A stretch of DNA of 64,000 bases from Escherichia coli (lineage in GTDB: Bacteria; Pseudomonadota; Gammaproteobacteria; Enterobacterales; Enterobacteriaceae). Positions 1-14,538 of the stretch are shown here, one piece after another (position 1 is the first letter of the stretch; each line of letters opens with the position of its first letter). The position numbers and the translations under genes are program-made. The notes under the pieces are model-generated. The model did no database searches. It was not told the origin of the DNA and was given only the letters and a program-made list of their open reading frames with translations. The stretch lies in assembly GCF_003334385.1 (NCBI RefSeq), contig NZ_QOWN01000018.1. The stretch is one strand, 5' to 3'.

Positions 1-440
1 AAGTAATTGCGTAATGCCTGGTTCAAATAGGGAAGCAACGTTTGCATCACCGTTTGCATTTTTTCCGGTTGTACCGTCGCATCGACCACTTCCATCTCTT
101 TCAGGAAGATCGCACCTTTTTCTTTATCAAACACGGGCAGCGCTTTCAGCTTCAGTTTCATGGTCGCTTTCTGACTACCGAACAGGGAGTTCATGTCCAG
201 ATTGGCGTCTCCGGTTAGGGTAACCTTATTCGGCTCTTCGCGACCAATTTGGCTGGTCAGGTTTGTCAGAACAATATGGGCGTCAGCCACGCCGGGTAAA
301 CCGATATCTTTTGAGAAATTATTATGTTTCGCAAGCGACTGGTTAATTTCTTGTTCGGTGATGGTGTATTGGGTGAGTTGATTACAGCCAACGAGCAGGC
401 CACTGACGATCAATGCAGCGGCAAATAAAAACTTGTTCAT
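1..440 (-). CDS. yceB: YceB lipoprotein (DUF1439), 3' end truncated by window start
   Basis: Minus-strand ATG at 438-440 translating MNKFLFAAALIVSGLLVGCNQ... (lipoprotein signal with lipobox Cys); position upstream of grxB as in K-12. Confidence 0.8.
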   Translation of the reverse strand, partial: MNKFLFAAALIVSGLLVGCNQLTQYTITEQEINQSLAKHNNFSKDIGLPGVADAHIVLTNLTSQIGREEPNKVTLTGDANLDMNSLFGSQKATMKLKLKALPVFDKEKGAIFLKEMEVVDATVQPEKMQTVMQTLLPYLNQALRNY

Positions 441-573
441 GGTAGTCCTCGACATGAAATCTGCGTCAATATCCTGACACAACGCAGCATGTGTCACCAG
501 CGATAAACTCGCCAGCAGAAAAAACTGAAAACGGCGGCAACCCGCGAATACAGGCTGCCGCGGCGGGTCAGGA

Positions 574-1221
574 TTAAATCGCCATTGATGATAACAAATT
601 GATTTGTGTCTGTTTCGCCATATTATCGCGGTAATCAGCAACGCGGCTTGGCCAGTTAATTCCGGCTACCAGCGTCAGATTACGCAGTAGCGGGAATAGC
701 TGAATATCATCTTCCGAAAGTTCGCCATTCACGGCGTTCGGTTTGACGATCAGTTTGTCCAGCGCACGTAAATCATCGCTGATATTCTTAATCAGACCGT
801 CAGAGTGGGCCAGCAGGTCGGCAAAATTACCCGCGCTGGCCTCTTTCTTGTCGACGAAATATTTGCGCGCGGCGGGAGTAGAAAACTCATCAAATGCCGA
901 TTTGGCAAAACGCGGCAACAGCAGTTTGTTGGCGTAGCCATTGACCTTGCGCAGCCACTCTTCAATGGCAGGGGAACGTTTGCCGGTCAGTAACGGTTTG
1001 CCGTCGAGTTTATCGACATAGTGAACGATGTCCATGCTTTCTGGCATATAGCGGCTGTCATCTTTTTGCAGAATGGGAACCTGTTTTTGACCGACCATCC
1101 GGGTGGGTGTTTCTGCGTCGTCGTTGAGCAGAACATGTAATTCGACGGGGATATTTTTCAGGCCGAAAATCATGCGGGCTTTGAGGCAGTAAGGGCAGTG
1201 ATCGTAAATGTATAGCTTCAC
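574..1221 (-). CDS. grxB: glutaredoxin 2
   Basis: 215 aa ORF MKLYIYDHCPYCLKARMIFGL..., CPYC active site. Confidence 0.95.
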   Translation of the reverse strand: MKLYIYDHCPYCLKARMIFGLKNIPVELHVLLNDDAETPTRMVGQKQVPILQKDDSRYMPESMDIVHYVDKLDGKPLLTGKRSPAIEEWLRKVNGYANKLLLPRFAKSAFDEFSTPAARKYFVDKKEASAGNFADLLAHSDGLIKNISDDLRALDKLIVKPNAVNGELSEDDIQLFPLLRNLTLVAGINWPSRVADYRDNMAKQTQINLLSSMAI

Positions 1222-1284
1222 GTGACTCCTCCATTTGGCTGTCAGTTCACTTTCAGTATGGAGGAGTCAGGGGGGAGTATCAAA

Positions 1285-2493
1285 TCAGGCGTCGCGTTCA
1301 AGCAAACGACGCGCGGCGCGTTTCTGGCTAAACTGCCAACCCAGCGCAAGGAAAGTGAAGATGCCAATAATGCCCAGCATCATCCACGGAAGCTCTGGCT
1401 GGTGCGCCGATTTGCCCAGGTCAAACAGCCAGCCGCCACCGATATAACCAATAGCGCCGCCAATCGCCAGACCCAGACGGCTAAACCCCATATAGCTGCC
1501 GCGAGCTCTTGCGTCCGCCAGCGAAGCACTTAAGGTTTCACGCGCAGGCTCGGCAATGATCGACCCGATATAAAACAGACAAATCAGGGTGAAAAGTTGT
1601 TGCAGGCCGCTGACCATGCCCACCGGCATCATGCTAAATGACATTATCAACAGCCCAGCCATCAACCGGTGTTCCAGACGAAAATGCTTTTCACTCCAGC
1701 GGGCGATAGGGTAGAGCAACGTTAACGACAGACACGCTTCAATGGCATACATCCATTTAACGGCAGAGGGCGCGCCAGCCACGTCGTTGACCATAATTGG
1801 CAGCATCAGCATCACTTGTACAGCCAGCATGTAGTAACCCGCCAGCGTCAGAACATAGGTGACAAAACGCTTGTCACGCATCACGCGGGTCATGCCTTCG
1901 CGAACGGGCGTGCGTACGGTGGAGAGTTTCCATGCTGGTAACAACCACGCATTGAACGCCGCACATAGCACAAATAGAACTGCCCCTGTGGCGCAGACCA
2001 GGCGAAAGTCGTATTGCAACAGCCAGCTCCCCAACAATGCGCCAATGACCGCACCGGCACTGTCCTGCATCATCAACAGCGAGAAAAAACGACCACGCTG
2101 CTGTGGACGGATTAATTTCACCACCAGCGCCGAACGCGGCGGATCAAACAACGTGCCACCGAGTCCCGAGAGCAGGCATGAAAACCACAATAGCCACGGT
2201 TCGTGGGCGATACCCATTGTGGCGAATCCGGCGGCGCGCATCAGCATACCGGTAACAATCATCGGTTTGGCACCAAAGCGGTCGGCAATTGCACCGCCGA
2301 AAATACCCAGACCTTGCTGAATAAATTGGCGTAGACCGAGAGCAATACCGACCATGACGGCGGCCCAGCCCATTTGATCAACGAAGCGGATAGAGATCAG
2401 CGGGAAGACAACAAAGAACCCCAGCACGACCAGCATATTATCGATGAGCAGGAAATATTTACCCAGGTTCCTCGCCTGCGACACGCGGGACAT
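1285..2493 (-). CDS. mdtH: MFS multidrug efflux transporter MdtH
   Basis: ORF 1285-2523; start set at internal [16 protein letters not shown] (402 aa), polytopic MFS-like sequence. Confidence 0.92.
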   Translation of the reverse strand: MSRVSQARNLGKYFLLIDNMLVVLGFFVVFPLISIRFVDQMGWAAVMVGIALGLRQFIQQGLGIFGGAIADRFGAKPMIVTGMLMRAAGFATMGIAHEPWLLWFSCLLSGLGGTLFDPPRSALVVKLIRPQQRGRFFSLLMMQDSAGAVIGALLGSWLLQYDFRLVCATGAVLFVLCAAFNAWLLPAWKLSTVRTPVREGMTRVMRDKRFVTYVLTLAGYYMLAVQVMLMLPIMVNDVAGAPSAVKWMYAIEACLSLTLLYPIARWSEKHFRLEHRLMAGLLIMSFSMMPVGMVSGLQQLFTLICLFYIGSIIAEPARETLSASLADARARGSYMGFSRLGLAIGGAIGYIGGGWLFDLGKSAHQPELPWMMLGIIGIFTFLALGWQFSQKRAARRLLERDA

Positions 2494-2728
2494 TTCCCCT
2501 CCCGGGAAATAAAAGATGAGCACTTTCTATTCTGCATTGCCGCTAAGACTTTTCCCATCACTTCGGGGACAATATTTTTTTATCAAAACGTCGCTTTGAT
2601 AGAGAGTTTTTATCAAATATGTGAATAATGCAGAAAATGGCATTTTGGACTTTTCACAGGGTCTGGTTGCGCAGGTATAGTAATACTTACAGCGTATTAA
2701 AGACGTTACGGGAAGGAGTAGGTATAGA

Positions 2729-3971
<1,243 letters not shown>

Positions 3972-3972
3972 A

Positions 3973-4896
3973 GTGAAAAAATTACGTATCGGCGTAGTGG
4001 GATTAGGTGGCATTGCGCAAAAAGCGTGGTTACCGGTGCTGGCGGCAGCGTCTGACTGGACGTTACAAGGAGCCTGGTCGCCTACGCGCGCGAAAGCCCT
4101 GCCAATTTGTGAAAGCTGGCGCATTCCTTATGCCGATTCGGTATCCAGCCTTGCCGCCAGTTGCGATGCGGTTTTTGTGCATTCCAGCACCGCCAGCCAC
4201 TTTGACGTGGTCAGTACGTTACTCAATGCGGGGGTACATGTCTGTGTCGATAAACCGCTGGCAGAAAATCTGCGCGATGCTGAACGGCTGGTGGAACTGG
4301 CGGCGCGGAAAAAACTGACGTTGATGGTCGGTTTTAACCGTCGTTTCGCACCACTCTACGGTGAGTTAAAAACGCAACTCGCCACCGCAGCCTCGCTAAG
4401 AATGGATAAACATCGTAGCAATAGCGTCGGGCCACACGATCTTTATTTCACGTTGCTGGATGATTATCTGCATGTGGTGGATACCGCGCTGTGGTTGTCG
4501 GGCGGCAAAGCCTCTCTGGATGGCGGTACGCTACTGACTAACGACGCTGGCGAAATGCTGTTTGCCGAGCACCATTTTTCGGCTGGTCCTTTGCAGATCA
4601 CCACCTGTATGCATCGCCGTGCCGGAAGTCAGCGTGAAACCGTGCAGGCCGTGACTGACGGTGCGCTCATCGACATTACGGATATGCGCGAATGGCGTGA
4701 GGAGCGCGGGCAGGGCGTAGTGCATAAACCGATTCCTGGTTGGCAGAGTACGCTTGAGCAACGTGGGTTTGTCGGCTGTGCGCGGCACTTCATTGAATGT
4801 GTGCAAAACCAGACAGTTCCGCAAACCGCCGGCGAACAGGCCGTGCTGGCGCAACGTATCGTTGACAAGATCTGGCGCGATGCGATGAGTGAATAA
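3973..4896 (+). CDS. yceM: Gfo/Idh/MocA family oxidoreductase YceM (MviM)
   Basis: ORF 3940-4896; probable GTG start at 3973 giving VKKLRIGVVGLGGIAQKAW (Rossmann GxGxxA motif), 307 aa. Confidence 0.88.
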   Translation: MKKLRIGVVGLGGIAQKAWLPVLAAASDWTLQGAWSPTRAKALPICESWRIPYADSVSSLAASCDAVFVHSSTASHFDVVSTLLNAGVHVCVDKPLAENLRDAERLVELAARKKLTLMVGFNRRFAPLYGELKTQLATAASLRMDKHRSNSVGPHDLYFTLLDDYLHVVDTALWLSGGKASLDGGTLLTNDAGEMLFAEHHFSAGPLQITTCMHRRAGSQRETVQAVTDGALIDITDMREWREERGQGVVHKPIPGWQSTLEQRGFVGCARHFIECVQNQTVPQTAGEQAVLAQRIVDKIWRDAMSE

Positions 4897-4918
4897 ACCC
4901 TGTAACATCTGGCGGTAG

Positions 4919-6541
<1,623 letters not shown>

Positions 6542-6550
6542 CAATGCATT

Positions 6551-6571
6551 CCGGCCTGCAGTGCAGGCCGG
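6551..6571. terminator. perfect palindromic hairpin between convergent murJ and flgN (possible bidirectional terminator)
   Basis: ccggcctgca-g-tgcaggccgg; weak U-tract on both strands. Confidence 0.4.
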
Positions 6572-6580
6572 AGATAATCT

Positions 6581-6997
6581 TCAGATCGAAATCTTTTTAC
6601 CGCCGCGATGGGTTGTTGAGGTCTGACCGTTCGCCCCATATAGCGTCGGTTCCTGATGCGGTTTCAACATTTCCAGCGCCTGTTGATTGCGCTCAATCTG
6701 TCCTTCCAGTAACCAGCCGTTATGTTGATTCATTTGGCGTAGTTGCTGCGTTTTCACAGTAATTTCCTGCCAGCGTTGACTAATATCAACGCTATTTGCT
6801 GTATTGGGTTCTTTCCTGCGTAACTGTTCGAGGTAATCCAGCGTCGCCAGCAGTGAGCTTTTTTGTTCTGTAATCCATTGCAACTGGCTGCCGTTGATCT
6901 GCCCCATAGAGAGATGTTGCTGCTCTTGATCCATTACCGTTTTGAGATCGTTAAGCACAGCGGACATCTGGTCGAGGATCTCTGCAAGACGTGTCAT
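6581..6997 (-). CDS. flgN: flagellar export chaperone FlgN
   Basis: 138 aa ORF, downstream of flgM in flgAMN arrangement. Confidence 0.93.
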   Translation of the reverse strand: MTRLAEILDQMSAVLNDLKTVMDQEQQHLSMGQINGSQLQWITEQKSSLLATLDYLEQLRRKEPNTANSVDISQRWQEITVKTQQLRQMNQHNGWLLEGQIERNQQALEMLKPHQEPTLYGANGQTSTTHRGGKKISI

Positions 6998-7001
6998 ACG
7001 A

Positions 7002-7295
7002 TCAGTTACTCTGCAAGTCTTGCTGCGCTTCGTTGATCAGCGCATCGGCAATTTTGCCGGTGTCCATTTTTAGTTCACCGTTACGAATCGCCAGTTTTAA
7101 CGCTTCGACACGTTCAAGATTGATATCACTGCTGCCGGGTTGCATCAGTTTTGCTTGCGCGTCGCTTAACGTCACACTGGTGCTGGTGGAGGCGGTTGTT
7201 TTTGCCGCCCGGCTGTTCGTTACCGGCGCGTCAGTGGTTTCGCGCGGTTGAACGGTGCTTACAGGCTTCAGAGGCGAAGTGCGATCAATACTCAT
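7002..7295 (-). CDS. flgM: anti-sigma-28 factor FlgM
   Basis: 97 aa [25 protein letters not shown]...; sigma-28 promoter motif immediately upstream. Confidence 0.94.
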   Translation of the reverse strand: MSIDRTSPLKPVSTVQPRETTDAPVTNSRAAKTTASTSTSVTLSDAQAKLMQPGSSDINLERVEALKLAIRNGELKMDTGKIADALINEAQQDLQSN

Positions 7296-7338
7296 GGTTT
7301 ATTCCTCATTGAGGGCGCTTTTATCATGTGTTGCTTAT

Positions 7339-7365
7339 TTATCGGCAAGGGACGGGTAATCTTTA
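7339..7365 (-). promoter_or_regulatory. sigma-28 (FliA) class 3 promoter of flgM
   Basis: Minus-strand reading TAAA-N15-GCCGATAA (plus strand TTATCGGC 7339-7346, 15-nt spacer, TTTA 7362-7365), exact match to the sigma-28 consensus, between flgA stop and flgM start. Confidence 0.7.
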
Positions 7366-7370
7366 ACAGC

Positions 7371-8030
7371 TTACAGGTTTATAAGAATATTCCCATCTGC
7401 ATCAACAACGCCGCTGACTACCTGTCCCGATACCATGCGCACCCGCGCATTCTGTGCGACGGCTGCATTGTTCAGCGCCTGACCTTCTGCGTTGGCGCTA
7501 AACCCATCACCGCTGGCGATCACATTGACGCGTTGTCCCGCTTTTACCCGCCATGCCTGGCGAAACTGGGTTAACTGGATAGGTTGATCGGGTGATAGAT
7601 CGCGCAGGCTAATGGCATCAACAAGTTGATTGATATCCAGCACCGTACGCGGTGGCAGGGTATCCAGCCGTCCGCGTTTCAGTTTGACATTGCCAGCTTC
7701 CAGCTTTCCTCCCCGCGCAATGGGCATCGCGGCAACCACATAATTTCCTGTGGCCTGTACATTAACCTGTAAATATCGTTTGTCGTTACCGCAGCGTGCC
7801 AACACATTCACATTGCCCCACAGGCGGGAATTATTGCTCATCGAAAGCAATGGCTGCTCGCATGGCGGTAGTAGATTGGGCGCTGTACGAATAGAAACAC
7901 GAACCTCATCACTTACCCCCGCGAGTTGGGCGCTAAAAAAGTTGTGCAATTGCGATGTGAGATTGCTCGCCGTACTTAACGGACTGAACAGTATCGCGAT
8001 GATCGCCACGCTACGTTTTATTATCAGCAT
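7371..8030 (-). CDS. flgA: flagellar P-ring assembly chaperone FlgA
   Basis: 219 aa ORF with N-terminal signal peptide, divergent from flgB. Confidence 0.93.
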   Translation of the reverse strand: MLIIKRSVAIIAILFSPLSTASNLTSQLHNFFSAQLAGVSDEVRVSIRTAPNLLPPCEQPLLSMSNNSRLWGNVNVLARCGNDKRYLQVNVQATGNYVVAAMPIARGGKLEAGNVKLKRGRLDTLPPRTVLDINQLVDAISLRDLSPDQPIQLTQFRQAWRVKAGQRVNVIASGDGFSANAEGQALNNAAVAQNARVRMVSGQVVSGVVDADGNILINL

Positions 8031-8184
8031 TTTCGCCCCCAGCCATTTCTACAACGTGAATTGTACCTGTCCGCAATGACCATCAACGGCATAAATAGCG
8101 ACCCATTTTGCGTTTATTCCGCCGATAACGCGCGCGTAAAGGCATTTAAGCTGATGGCAGAATTTTGATACCTGCGGAGGAGAT
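8031..8184. promoter_or_regulatory. divergent flgA / flgB class 2 (FlhDC-dependent) promoter region
   Basis: Intergenic region between divergently transcribed flgA and flgB; assignment from established flagellar regulon architecture, no motif resolved by eye. Confidence 0.5.
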
Positions 8185-8601
8185 ATGCTCGATAAGCTCG
8201 ACGCCGCCTTACGTTTTCAACAAGAGGCGCTCAATCTGCGCGCCCAGCGTCAGGAAGTGCTGGCAGCAAACATCGCCAATGCCGATACCCCTGGTTATCA
8301 GGCGCGCGATATCGATTTTGCCAGTGAACTTAAAAAAGTCATGCAACGTGGACGGGATGCAACCAGTGTGGTTGCACTGACGATGACCTCAACGCAACAC
8401 ATTCCGGCGCAGGCGCTGACGCCTCCTACCGCAGAACTGCAATACCGTATTCCGGACCAGCCTTCGCTTGACGGTAATACCGTCGATATGGATCGCGAAC
8501 GCACCCAGTTTGCCGATAACAGCCTGCAATACCAGATGAGCCTTAGCGCGTTGAGCGGGCAAATCAAAGGCATGATGAACGTTTTACAGAGCGGAAATTA
8601 A
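8185..8601 (+). CDS. flgB: flagellar basal-body rod protein FlgB
   Basis: 138 aa ORF; first gene of flgB-L operon. Confidence 0.95.
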
Positions 8602-8604
8602 CGG

Positions 8605-9009
8605 ATGGCACTGCTGAATATTTTTGATATCGCCGGGTCGGCGTTAACTGCCCAGTCCCAGCGCCTGAACGTGGCGGCCAGTAATCTGGCGAATGCTGAT
8701 AGCGTGACCGGTCCCGATGGACAGCCATATCGGGCAAAACAGGTGGTATTCCAGGTTAACGCTGCACCAGGTGCTGCGACAGGCGGCGTAAAGGTTGCCG
8801 ATGTTATAGAAAGTCAGGCCCCGGACAAACTGGTTTATGAACCGGGTAATCCGCTGGCAGATGCAAAGGGCTACGTAAAAATGCCGAACGTTGATGTTGT
8901 CGGAGAGATGGTTAACACCATGTCGGCGTCACGCAGCTATCAGGCCAATGTTGAAGTGCTCAACACGGTGAAAAGCATGATGCTGAAAACCCTTACGCTC
9001 GGTCAATAA
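8605..9009 (+). CDS. flgC: flagellar basal-body rod protein FlgC
   Basis: 134 aa [25 protein letters not shown]... Confidence 0.95.
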
Positions 9010-9020
9010 AGGAGAAAGCT

Positions 9021-9716
9021 ATGTCCATTGCGGTAACCACCACCGATCCGACAAATACCGGCGTCAGTACCACCAGCAGTAGTTCGCTCACGGGCAGCAA
9101 CGCCGCAGATTTACAAAGCAGTTTTCTGACTTTGCTGGTGGCGCAGCTGAAAAACCAGGACCCGACCAATCCAATGGAAAACAACGAGCTGACGTCGCAA
9201 TTGGCACAAATCAGCACGGTCAGCGGGATTGAAAAACTCAATACCACGCTCGGATCTATTTCCGGACAGATTGATAACAGCCAGTCGTTACAGGCCAGTA
9301 ACCTGATCGGTCACGGCGTGATGATCCCCGGCACCACTGTTCTTGCGGGAACCGGCAGTGAAGAAGGGGCTGTGACCACGACCACGCCGTTTGGTGTTGA
9401 GCTGCAACAGGCGGCAGACAAAGTTACGGCCACCATCACCGATAAAAATGGCGCGGTTGTGCGCACCATTGATATTGGTGAACTGACCGCCGGAGTTCAC
9501 AGTTTCACCTGGGACGGTACGTTGACTGATGGCAGCACTGCGCCGAACGGTTCTTACAATGTAGCGATTAGCGCCAGTAACGGTGGTACACAACTGGTTG
9601 CCCAGCCGCTGCAGTTTGCTCTGGTGCAGGGTGTGATCCGCGGCAACAGCGGTAATACGCTGGATCTCGGCACTTACGGCACCACCACCCTCGACGAAGT
9701 ACGGCAGATAATTTAA
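9021..9716 (+). CDS. flgD: flagellar hook capping/assembly protein FlgD
   Basis: 231 aa ORF, Ser/Thr-rich N-terminus, operon position. Confidence 0.94.
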   Translation: MSIAVTTTDPTNTGVSTTSSSSLTGSNAADLQSSFLTLLVAQLKNQDPTNPMENNELTSQLAQISTVSGIEKLNTTLGSISGQIDNSQSLQASNLIGHGVMIPGTTVLAGTGSEEGAVTTTTPFGVELQQAADKVTATITDKNGAVVRTIDIGELTAGVHSFTWDGTLTDGSTAPNGSYNVAISASNGGTQLVAQPLQFALVQGVIRGNSGNTLDLGTYGTTTLDEVRQII

Positions 9717-9740
9717 GCCTTCACATTTCAGGAGTCAGTC

Positions 9741-10949
9741 ATGGCCTTTTCTCAAGCGGTTAGCGGATTAAACGCTGCCGCCACCAACCTCGATGTTATT
9801 GGCAACAATATCGCCAACTCCGCCACCTACGGCTTTAAATCAGGCACGGCCTCTTTTGCCGATATGTTTGCCGGTTCGAAAGTGGGACTGGGGGTAAAAG
9901 TTGCCGGTATCACTCAGGACTTTACCGATGGCACGACCACCAACACCGGGCGAGGTCTGGACGTTGCTATCAGCCAGAACGGTTTTTTCCGTCTGGTAGA
10001 CAGCAACGGTTCGGTGTTCTACAGCCGTAACGGACAATTTAAGCTGGATGAAAACCGTAACCTGGTGAATATGCAAGGTTTACAGCTGACGGGTTACCCG
10101 GCAACCGGTACGCCGCCGACTATTCAGCAAGGGGCGAATCCGACCAATATTTCGATCCCGAATACCCTGATGGCAGCGAAAACTACCACCACGGCATCGA
10201 TGCAGATCAACCTGAATTCCAGTGATCCGCTTCCTACTGTTACGCCATTCAGCGCCAGCAATGCGGATAGCTATAACAAAAAAGGTTCGGTGACTGTTTT
10301 CGACAGTCAGGGTAATGCTCATGACATGAGCGTCTACTTTGTGAAGACCGGGGATAATAACTGGCAGGTCTACACCCAGGATAGCAGTGATCCAAACAGC
10401 ATTGCGAAGACAGCGACAACACTGGAATTTAATGCTAATGGCACATTAGTGGATGGTGCGATGGCGAATAATATCGCAACCGGCGCAATTAACGGTGCAG
10501 AACCCGCCACGTTTAGTCTGAGCTTCCTCAACTCCATGCAGCAAAATACCGGCGCTAACAATATTGTGGCAACCACCCAGAACGGCTACAAACCGGGCGA
10601 TCTGGTGAGTTATCAAATCAATGATGACGGTACGGTTGTCGGCAACTATTCCAACGAACAAACCCAACTGCTGGGGCAGATTGTACTGGCGAACTTTGCC
10701 AACAACGAAGGTCTGGCATCCGAAGGCGACAACGTCTGGTCTGCGACGCAATCTTCTGGCGTGGCGCTGTTGGGGACAGCCGGGACGGGAAACTTTGGCA
10801 CCCTGACCAACGGTGCGCTGGAAGCGTCCAACGTCGATCTCAGTAAAGAACTGGTCAATATGATCGTTGCCCAGCGTAACTATCAGTCTAACGCCCAGAC
10901 CATCAAAACCCAGGACCAGATCCTCAACACGCTGGTTAACTTACGCTAA
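9741..10949 (+). CDS. flgE: flagellar hook protein FlgE
   Basis: 402 aa ORF MAFSQAVSGLNAAATNLDVIGNNIAN..., conserved rod/hook termini. Confidence 0.95.
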   Translation: MAFSQAVSGLNAAATNLDVIGNNIANSATYGFKSGTASFADMFAGSKVGLGVKVAGITQDFTDGTTTNTGRGLDVAISQNGFFRLVDSNGSVFYSRNGQFKLDENRNLVNMQGLQLTGYPATGTPPTIQQGANPTNISIPNTLMAAKTTTTASMQINLNSSDPLPTVTPFSASNADSYNKKGSVTVFDSQGNAHDMSVYFVKTGDNNWQVYTQDSSDPNSIAKTATTLEFNANGTLVDGAMANNIATGAINGAEPATFSLSFLNSMQQNTGANNIVATTQNGYKPGDLVSYQINDDGTVVGNYSNEQTQLLGQIVLANFANNEGLASEGDNVWSATQSSGVALLGTAGTGNFGTLTNGALEASNVDLSKELVNMIVAQRNYQSNAQTIKTQDQILNTLVNLR

Positions 10950-10968
10950 TCGCTGACGGGATAGCTCA

Positions 10969-11724
10969 ATGGATCACGCAATTTATACCGCGATGGGAGC
11001 AGCCAGCCAGACACTGAATCAACAGGCGGTAACCGCCAGTAATCTGGCCAATGCCTCAACGCCCGGTTTTCGCGCGCAGTTGAATGCTTTACGCGCGGTG
11101 CCAGTGGAAGGGCTTTCTCTGCCCACGCGCACGTTGGTCACGGCGTCAACGCCGGGCGCAGATATGACGCCCGGCAAAATGGATTACACCTCGCGCCCGC
11201 TGGACGTCGCGTTGCAGCAGGATGGCTGGCTGGCCGTGCAGACCGCTGACGGCAGCGAAGGGTATACGCGTAATGGCAGCATTCAGGTTGATCCCACCGG
11301 GCAACTGACAATTCAGGGGCATCCGGTGATAGGCGAGGCTGGGCCAATTGCTGTGCCGGAAGGGGCGGAAATCACTATTGCTGCCGATGGCACAATCTCG
11401 GCGCTCAATCCGGGCGATCCGGCAAATACGGTTGCGCCAGTAGGGCGTCTTAAACTGGTGAAAGCCACGGGCAGCGAAGTGCAGCGCGGTGACGACGGCA
11501 TTTTTCGTTTAAGCGCAGAAACCCAGGCCACGCGTGGGCCGGTACTGCAGGCAGATCCAACCTTGCGTGTGATGTCGGGGGTTCTGGAAGGCAGTAACGT
11601 CAATGCCGTTGCGGCAATGAGCGACATGATTGCCAGCGCGCGGCGTTTTGAAATGCAGATGAAGGTGATCAGCAGCGTCGATGATAACGCAGGCCGTGCC
11701 AACCAACTGCTGTCGATGAGTTAA
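10969..11724 (+). CDS. flgF: flagellar basal-body rod protein FlgF
   Basis: 251 aa ORF MDHAIYTAMGAASQTLNQQAV... Confidence 0.95.
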   Translation: MDHAIYTAMGAASQTLNQQAVTASNLANASTPGFRAQLNALRAVPVEGLSLPTRTLVTASTPGADMTPGKMDYTSRPLDVALQQDGWLAVQTADGSEGYTRNGSIQVDPTGQLTIQGHPVIGEAGPIAVPEGAEITIAADGTISALNPGDPANTVAPVGRLKLVKATGSEVQRGDDGIFRLSAETQATRGPVLQADPTLRVMSGVLEGSNVNAVAAMSDMIASARRFEMQMKVISSVDDNAGRANQLLSMS

Positions 11725-11816
11725 TTGAAAGGATACATGACAAGTATAAGTTGCCCGATGCGCAAGTTTATCGGGTCTATGGGGGCAATCGCAATTTATC
11801 GATTTTGCGAGCACTT

Positions 11817-11852
<36 letters not shown>

Positions 11853-11877
11853 GAAGACATATGCACTTTGTCACTAA

Positions 11878-12678
<801 letters not shown>

Positions 12679-12730
12679 GGCTTAACCGGTGGCAGGTTCA
12701 CCGGTTTACTGATTTTTGAAGATGATAGCC

Positions 12731-13429
12731 ATGCAAAAAAACGCTGCGCATACTTATGCCATTTCCAGCTTGTTGGTGCTTTCACTAACCGGCTGCGCCT
12801 GGATACCCTCCACGCCGCTGGTGCAGGGGGCGACCAGTGCACAACCGGTTCCCGGTCCGACGCCCGTCGCCAACGGTTCTATTTTCCAGTCTGCTCAGCC
12901 GATTAACTATGGCTATCAACCGCTGTTTGAAGATCGTCGACCACGCAATATTGGCGATACGCTGACCATCGTGTTGCAGGAGAACGTCAGCGCCAGCAAA
13001 AGCTCCTCTGCGAATGCCAGCCGTGACGGTAAAACTAATTTTGGCTTTGATACTGTGCCGCGCTATTTGCAGGGGCTGTTTGGTAACGCTCGTGCCGATG
13101 TCGAAGCCTCCGGTGGTAACACGTTCAACGGAAAGGGCGGGGCCAATGCCAGCAATACCTTTAGCGGCACGTTGACGGTGACGGTTGACCAGGTACTGGT
13201 CAACGGCAACCTGCATGTGGTGGGTGAAAAACAGATTGCCATTAATCAGGGTACCGAATTTATTCGCTTCTCTGGCGTGGTTAATCCACGCACTATCAGC
13301 GGCAGCAATACCGTACCGTCTACTCAGGTGGCGGATGCGCGCATTGAATACGTAGGCAATGGCTACATTAACGAAGCGCAAAATATGGGCTGGTTGCAGC
13401 GTTTCTTCCTTAACCTGTCGCCAATGTAA
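12731..13429 (+). CDS. flgH: flagellar L-ring lipoprotein FlgH
   Basis: ORF 12716-13429; start at ATG 12731 ([22 protein letters not shown] lipobox), 232 aa. Confidence 0.93.
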
Positions 13430-13440
13430 GTGAGGCTGTG

Positions 13441-14538
13441 GTGATTAAATTTCTCTCTGCATTAATTCTTCTACTGGTCACGACGGCGGCTCAGGCTGAG
13501 CGTATTCGCGATCTCACCAGTGTTCAGGGGGTAAGGCAAAACTCACTGATTGGCTATGGTCTGGTGGTGGGGCTGGATGGCACCGGTGACCAGACAACCC
13601 AGACGCCGTTTACCACACAAACGCTTAATAACATGCTCTCACAGCTGGGAATTACCGTTCCGACGGGCACCAATATGCAGCTAAAAAACGTCGCTGCGGT
13701 AATGGTGACAGCGTCACTTCCTCCGTTTGGACGTCAGGGGCAAACCATCGATGTGGTGGTTTCTTCCATGGGAAATGCCAAAAGCTTGCGTGGAGGTACG
13801 TTGTTGATGACACCGCTTAAGGGCGTTGACAGTCAGGTGTATGCGCTGGCGCAGGGCAATATTCTGGTTGGCGGCGCAGGAGCCTCCGCTGGCGGTAGCA
13901 GTGTTCAGGTTAACCAACTGAACGGTGGACGGATCACCAATGGTGCGGTTATTGAACGTGAATTGCCCAGCCAGTTTGGCGTCGGGAATACCCTTAATTT
14001 GCAACTTAACGACGAAGATTTCAGCATGGCGCAGCAAATCGCTGACACCATCAACCGCGTGCGTGGATATGGCAGCGCCACCGCGTTAGATGCGCGGACT
14101 ATTCAGGTGCGCGTACCGAGTGGCAACAGTTCCCAGGTCCGCTTCCTTGCCGATATTCAGAATATGCAGGTTAATGTCACCCCGCAGGACGCTAAAGTAG
14201 TGATTAACTCGCGCACCGGTTCGGTGGTGATGAATCGCGAAGTGACCCTCGACAGCTGCGCGGTAGCGCAGGGGAATCTCTCAGTAACAGTTAATCGTCA
14301 GGCCAATGTCAGCCAGCCAGATACACCGTTTGGTGGTGGACAGACTGTGGTTACTCCACAAACGCAGATCGATTTACGCCAGAGCGGCGGTTCGCTGCAA
14401 AGCGTACGTTCCAGCGCCAGCCTCAATAACGTGGTGCGCGCGCTCAATGCGCTGGGCGCTACGCCGATGGATCTGATGTCCATACTGCAATCAATGCAAA
14501 GTGCGGGATGTCTGCGGGCAAAACTGGAAATCATCTGA
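13441..14538 (+). CDS. flgI: flagellar P-ring protein FlgI
   Basis: ORF from 13438; GTG start at 13441 gives 365 aa with signal peptide; stop overlaps flgJ start. Confidence 0.93.

Noticed and set aside
12785-13381. 198-aa minus-strand ORF
   Set aside because: Antisense to flgH; spurious.
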